Source of the DNA: an uncultured Eubacteriales bacterium
GTDB taxonomy: Bacteria; Bacillota; Clostridia; Oscillospirales; CAG-272
Direction of reading: 5' to 3'
NCBI GenBank assembly: GCA_934446365.1
Contig: CAKSDZ010000002.1
Span: forward strand, 37,751-101,750
Length of the DNA: 64,000 nucleotides
Shown: positions 61,392-64,000 of the stretch, one piece after another
Position numbering within the stretch: the first letter of the stretch is position 1
How the letters are laid out: the number at the start of each line of letters is the position of its first letter
Translations under genes and position numbers: made by a program
The notes under the pieces: model-generated
Seen by the model: the letters and a program-made list of their open reading frames with translations, nothing else
The model's database searches: none
What the model was told of the DNA's origin: nothing

Positions 61392-63592
61392 ACGCAAACG
61401 AAATCTTCTATCGCTTTTCCCCGCTCGTTCAGGATTTCATCTATGCAAACGGCTGGGAAACGCTCCGGCCGATTCAGGTTGCGGCAGCCGAGGTCATTTT
61501 TGATTCGGACGACAACCTGATTCTCTGCTCGGACACCGCCTCCGGCAAAACCGAAGCGGTCTTTTTTCCGATTCTCTCTCAAATCGAGGGGGGCGGCGCG
61601 GGAACGGTCGAGGTTCTGTATATCGCGCCGCTGAAAAGCCTCATCAACGACCAGTTCGAGCGCATCGACGCGCTGCTGCGCGACAGCGGAATCCCCGTAT
61701 TTCACTGGCACGGCGACGTCGCCGCCTCCCATAAAAACAAGCTCATCAAAAACCCTGCGGGCGTTCTGCAAATCACGCCGGAATCGCTCGAAAGCATGCT
61801 CATGAACCGCCGTTCCGACATCATACGCCTCTTCGGCGGTCTCAAATACGTGATCATCGACGAAATCCATACGCTGATGGGAGTCGACCGCGGCAATCAG
61901 ATCCTGTGCCAGCTCGACAGGATTCGGGAAATCATCGGCTATCACCCGCGCAGAATCGGTCTTTCCGCCACCATCGGCGATCCGGAAAAGGCGCGGGACT
62001 GGCTCACGGGCGGCACGGGCCGGCGCACGCAGATTCCGTCCGCCGGTGCGGGCAAAAGCAAATGGCGTCTCGCGCTTGAACATTTCTATGTGCAGGACAA
62101 CACCAAGGACAGGGACATCTCCGCCGCGGAGCAGCCGGAGGAAAAGGCCGAAATCGATGCGGGCTATGAGTATTTATACGATTGTGTAAAAGACAAAAAA
62201 AGCATCGTCTTTTCCAATTCGCGCGAGGAGACGGAATACGTCACCGCCACGCTGCGCCAAATCGCCGCGCGCAGGATGGAGGACGACATCTTTTATATCC
62301 ATCACGGAAATCTTTCCGCCGCTATCCGCGAGGAGGCCGAGCAAAAGCTGAAAGACGAAAAGAAATGCGTGGCCTGCGCCACCGTCACATTGGAGCTCGG
62401 CATCGACATCGGCCGAATCGAACGAATCCTGAATATGGGCGCACCGACCACCGTATCGAGCTTTCTGCAAAGGCTCGGACGCAGCGGCAGAAAAACGGGA
62501 ATTCCCGAAATGTTCATGCTTTTCAGGGAGGAAAAGCCGCTGCCGGACACCCCGCTCCCGCAGCTCATTCCGTGGGAGCTTGTCCGCGGCATCGCCGTCG
62601 TCGAACTATATCTTGAAGAAAAATTCATCGAGCCGCCGTCCGTCAAGAAAATGCCGCTGAGCCTTATGTTCCAGCAGACCCTGAGCATTCTCGCCTCCTC
62701 CGGCGAAAACACGCCGAAACGCCTTGCGGAAAAGGTCCTCTCCCTTTCGCCGTTTGCCGAGGTCGACCGCGAGGATTACCGGGAGCTTATGATTTCGATG
62801 ATTAAAAACGGCTATATCGATATGACGGAGGAAAAGGGGCTGATACTGGGACTGAAAGGCGAGCGGCTCACAAAAAGCTTTAAGTTTTACGCCGTTTTCA
62901 AGGACGATGAAAACTATTCCGTCAAGCACGAAAGCGAGGAAATCGGCACGATTTCCTCGCCGCCTCCGGTCGGAGACCGGTTCGCGCTCGCCGGACGCGT
63001 GTGGGAGGTGGAGGAGCTCGACCTCGAACGCAAGCTGATTTACGTCCACGGCGTGGCCGGAAAAATGCAGGTCGAATGGCCGGGAGATTACGGAGAAATC
63101 CACACGAAAATCCTTGAAATGATGAGGAAAATCCTCTCGGGCACCGACGAATATCCGTATCTGAAGCCGAACGCGACAGAACGGCTTGCGGCGGCACGGC
63201 GCGTATTTGCCAACGCCGGCATGCGGGAGAGCATACTCGTCTCGCTCGGCGGAAACACGCGGTGCCTGACGCCGTGGCTCGGCACGCGCTCGTTCCGCAC
63301 CCTGCGCAAATATCTGCAAAAGAACGCTTCCCTGTTCGGCATCTACGGCATCGAATATGACGGCTGCTACTATATGACGTTCAAATGCGACAGATCGCCG
63401 GAAGAGCTCCTCGCCCTTATGAAGCATAGGATCCCGTCGGAGCACATCGATACACTGGAGCTCGTCGGAAAAGGCGAAATGCCCGTGTTTGAGAAATACG
63501 ATCCCTGCATTCCGCCGGAGCTTCTGCGCCGCGCCTATGCCACGGACAAGCTGCGCACCGACGAGATGAAAATCCGTTTTTCCGAGCACTGA
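61388..63592 (+). CDS. Lhr-like DEAD/DEAH-box (superfamily 2) helicase
   Basis: RPIQVAAAEVIF..LILCSDTASGKTEAVFFPIL, IIDEIHTL, FSNSREE and LELGIDIG...QRLGRSGR. The ATG at 61388 overlaps the GNAT stop (ATGA). Confidence 0.8.
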   Translation: MNANEIFYRFSPLVQDFIYANGWETLRPIQVAAAEVIFDSDDNLILCSDTASGKTEAVFFPILSQIEGGGAGTVEVLYIAPLKSLINDQFERIDALLRDSGIPVFHWHGDVAASHKNKLIKNPAGVLQITPESLESMLMNRRSDIIRLFGGLKYVIIDEIHTLMGVDRGNQILCQLDRIREIIGYHPRRIGLSATIGDPEKARDWLTGGTGRRTQIPSAGAGKSKWRLALEHFYVQDNTKDRDISAAEQPEEKAEIDAGYEYLYDCVKDKKSIVFSNSREETEYVTATLRQIAARRMEDDIFYIHHGNLSAAIREEAEQKLKDEKKCVACATVTLELGIDIGRIERILNMGAPTTVSSFLQRLGRSGRKTGIPEMFMLFREEKPLPDTPLPQLIPWELVRGIAVVELYLEEKFIEPPSVKKMPLSLMFQQTLSILASSGENTPKRLAEKVLSLSPFAEVDREDYRELMISMIKNGYIDMTEEKGLILGLKGERLTKSFKFYAVFKDDENYSVKHESEEIGTISSPPPVGDRFALAGRVWEVEELDLERKLIYVHGVAGKMQVEWPGDYGEIHTKILEMMRKILSGTDEYPYLKPNATERLAAARRVFANAGMRESILVSLGGNTRCLTPWLGTRSFRTLRKYLQKNASLFGIYGIEYDGCYYMTFKCDRSPEELLALMKHRIPSEHIDTLELVGKGEMPVFEKYDPCIPPELLRRAYATDKLRTDEMKIRFSEH

Positions 63593-63666
63593 CGGGCATT
63601 TTCTCAATTATATTTTTTGTATAAAATATTTTATTCATCTGTATTATTTTGAGATTGGAGGCGACT

Positions 63667-64000
63667 ATGTCCGCATGGAATCCGTGGCACGGCTGCCATA
63701 AAATCAGCCCCGGCTGCATGAACTGCTATGTATACAGACGGGATTCCAAATATGAAATCGACAGCTCCACAGTGAGAAAAACCGCCGATTTCGACCTGCC
63801 GGTAAGGCTCAAACGGGATAAAACCTACAAATTGCAGGCCGACGGGAATTACGTTTATACCTGCTTTACCTCCGATTTTTTTCTCGAAGAAGCGGACGCA
63901 TGGCGTCCCGATTGCTGGGATATGATGCGAAAACGCTTTGATCTCTCCTTTTTCATCATCACCAAGCGCATCCATCGTTTCGAGGAATGTATTCCGCCCG
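63667..64000 (+). CDS. DUF5131 / phage Gp37-Gp68 family protein, truncated by window end
   Basis: My translation reads MSAWNPWHGCHKISPGCMNCYVYRRDSKYEI..., which has the family's N-terminal NPWxGCxxxSxGCxxCY signature. GGAGG lies upstream. It is not in the ORF track because it has no stop in the window. Confidence 0.7.
   Translation, partial: MSAWNPWHGCHKISPGCMNCYVYRRDSKYEIDSSTVRKTADFDLPVRLKRDKTYKLQADGNYVYTCFTSDFFLEEADAWRPDCWDMMRKRFDLSFFIITKRIHRFEECIPP

Overview
This is a 64-kb chromosomal window from a moderately GC-rich Firmicute. It is most likely a spore-forming member of the Clostridia. Three things support that: the gene order rpoB-rpoC-L7Ae-rpsL-rpsG-fusA-tuf, a SleC-type spore cortex lytic enzyme, and S-box and RFN riboswitches. 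I call about 47 protein genes. Most are housekeeping:
- Translation and transcription: rpsU, rimM, trmD, rsmD, rpoB, rpoC, rpsL, rpsG, fusA, tuf, alaS.
- Envelope: murJ and an O-antigen-ligase-like gene.
- DNA repair and helicases: uvrC, recD2, comFC, pcrA.
- Metabolism and other: coaD, pcp, eno, metK, ribU, mscL.

I saw no rRNA or tRNA gene, CRISPR array, transposase or integrase. The accessory-looking parts are:
- Two separate type IV pilus gene sets. Minor pilins plus a PilM-like gene lie at 1-2.9 kb. Two pilins lie at 27.0-29.3 kb, and one of them carries a large GLUG/beta-helix-like C-terminal module.
- The 27-29 kb pilin pair sits behind a near-consensus promoter and a roughly 170-nt structured leader that ends in an intrinsic-terminator hairpin.
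- A visibly AT-richer stretch at about 23.7-29.3 kb holds a solitary mazF, an unassignable 560-aa protein and rubrerythrin.
- A 745-aa surface protein consists largely of about ten tandem 39-aa Cys3-His repeats that I cannot assign to a named family. It also sits behind a consensus promoter followed at once by a hairpin and T-run.
- The SleC locus encodes the pro-domain as its own cistron.
- An HPr homolog has Tyr in place of the catalytic His15.

I cannot show that any of these is a new system. The Cys3-His repeat protein and the two leader/attenuator elements are the best candidates for undescribed biology. All functional calls rest on reading the translations against remembered family signatures. 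No database search was run.
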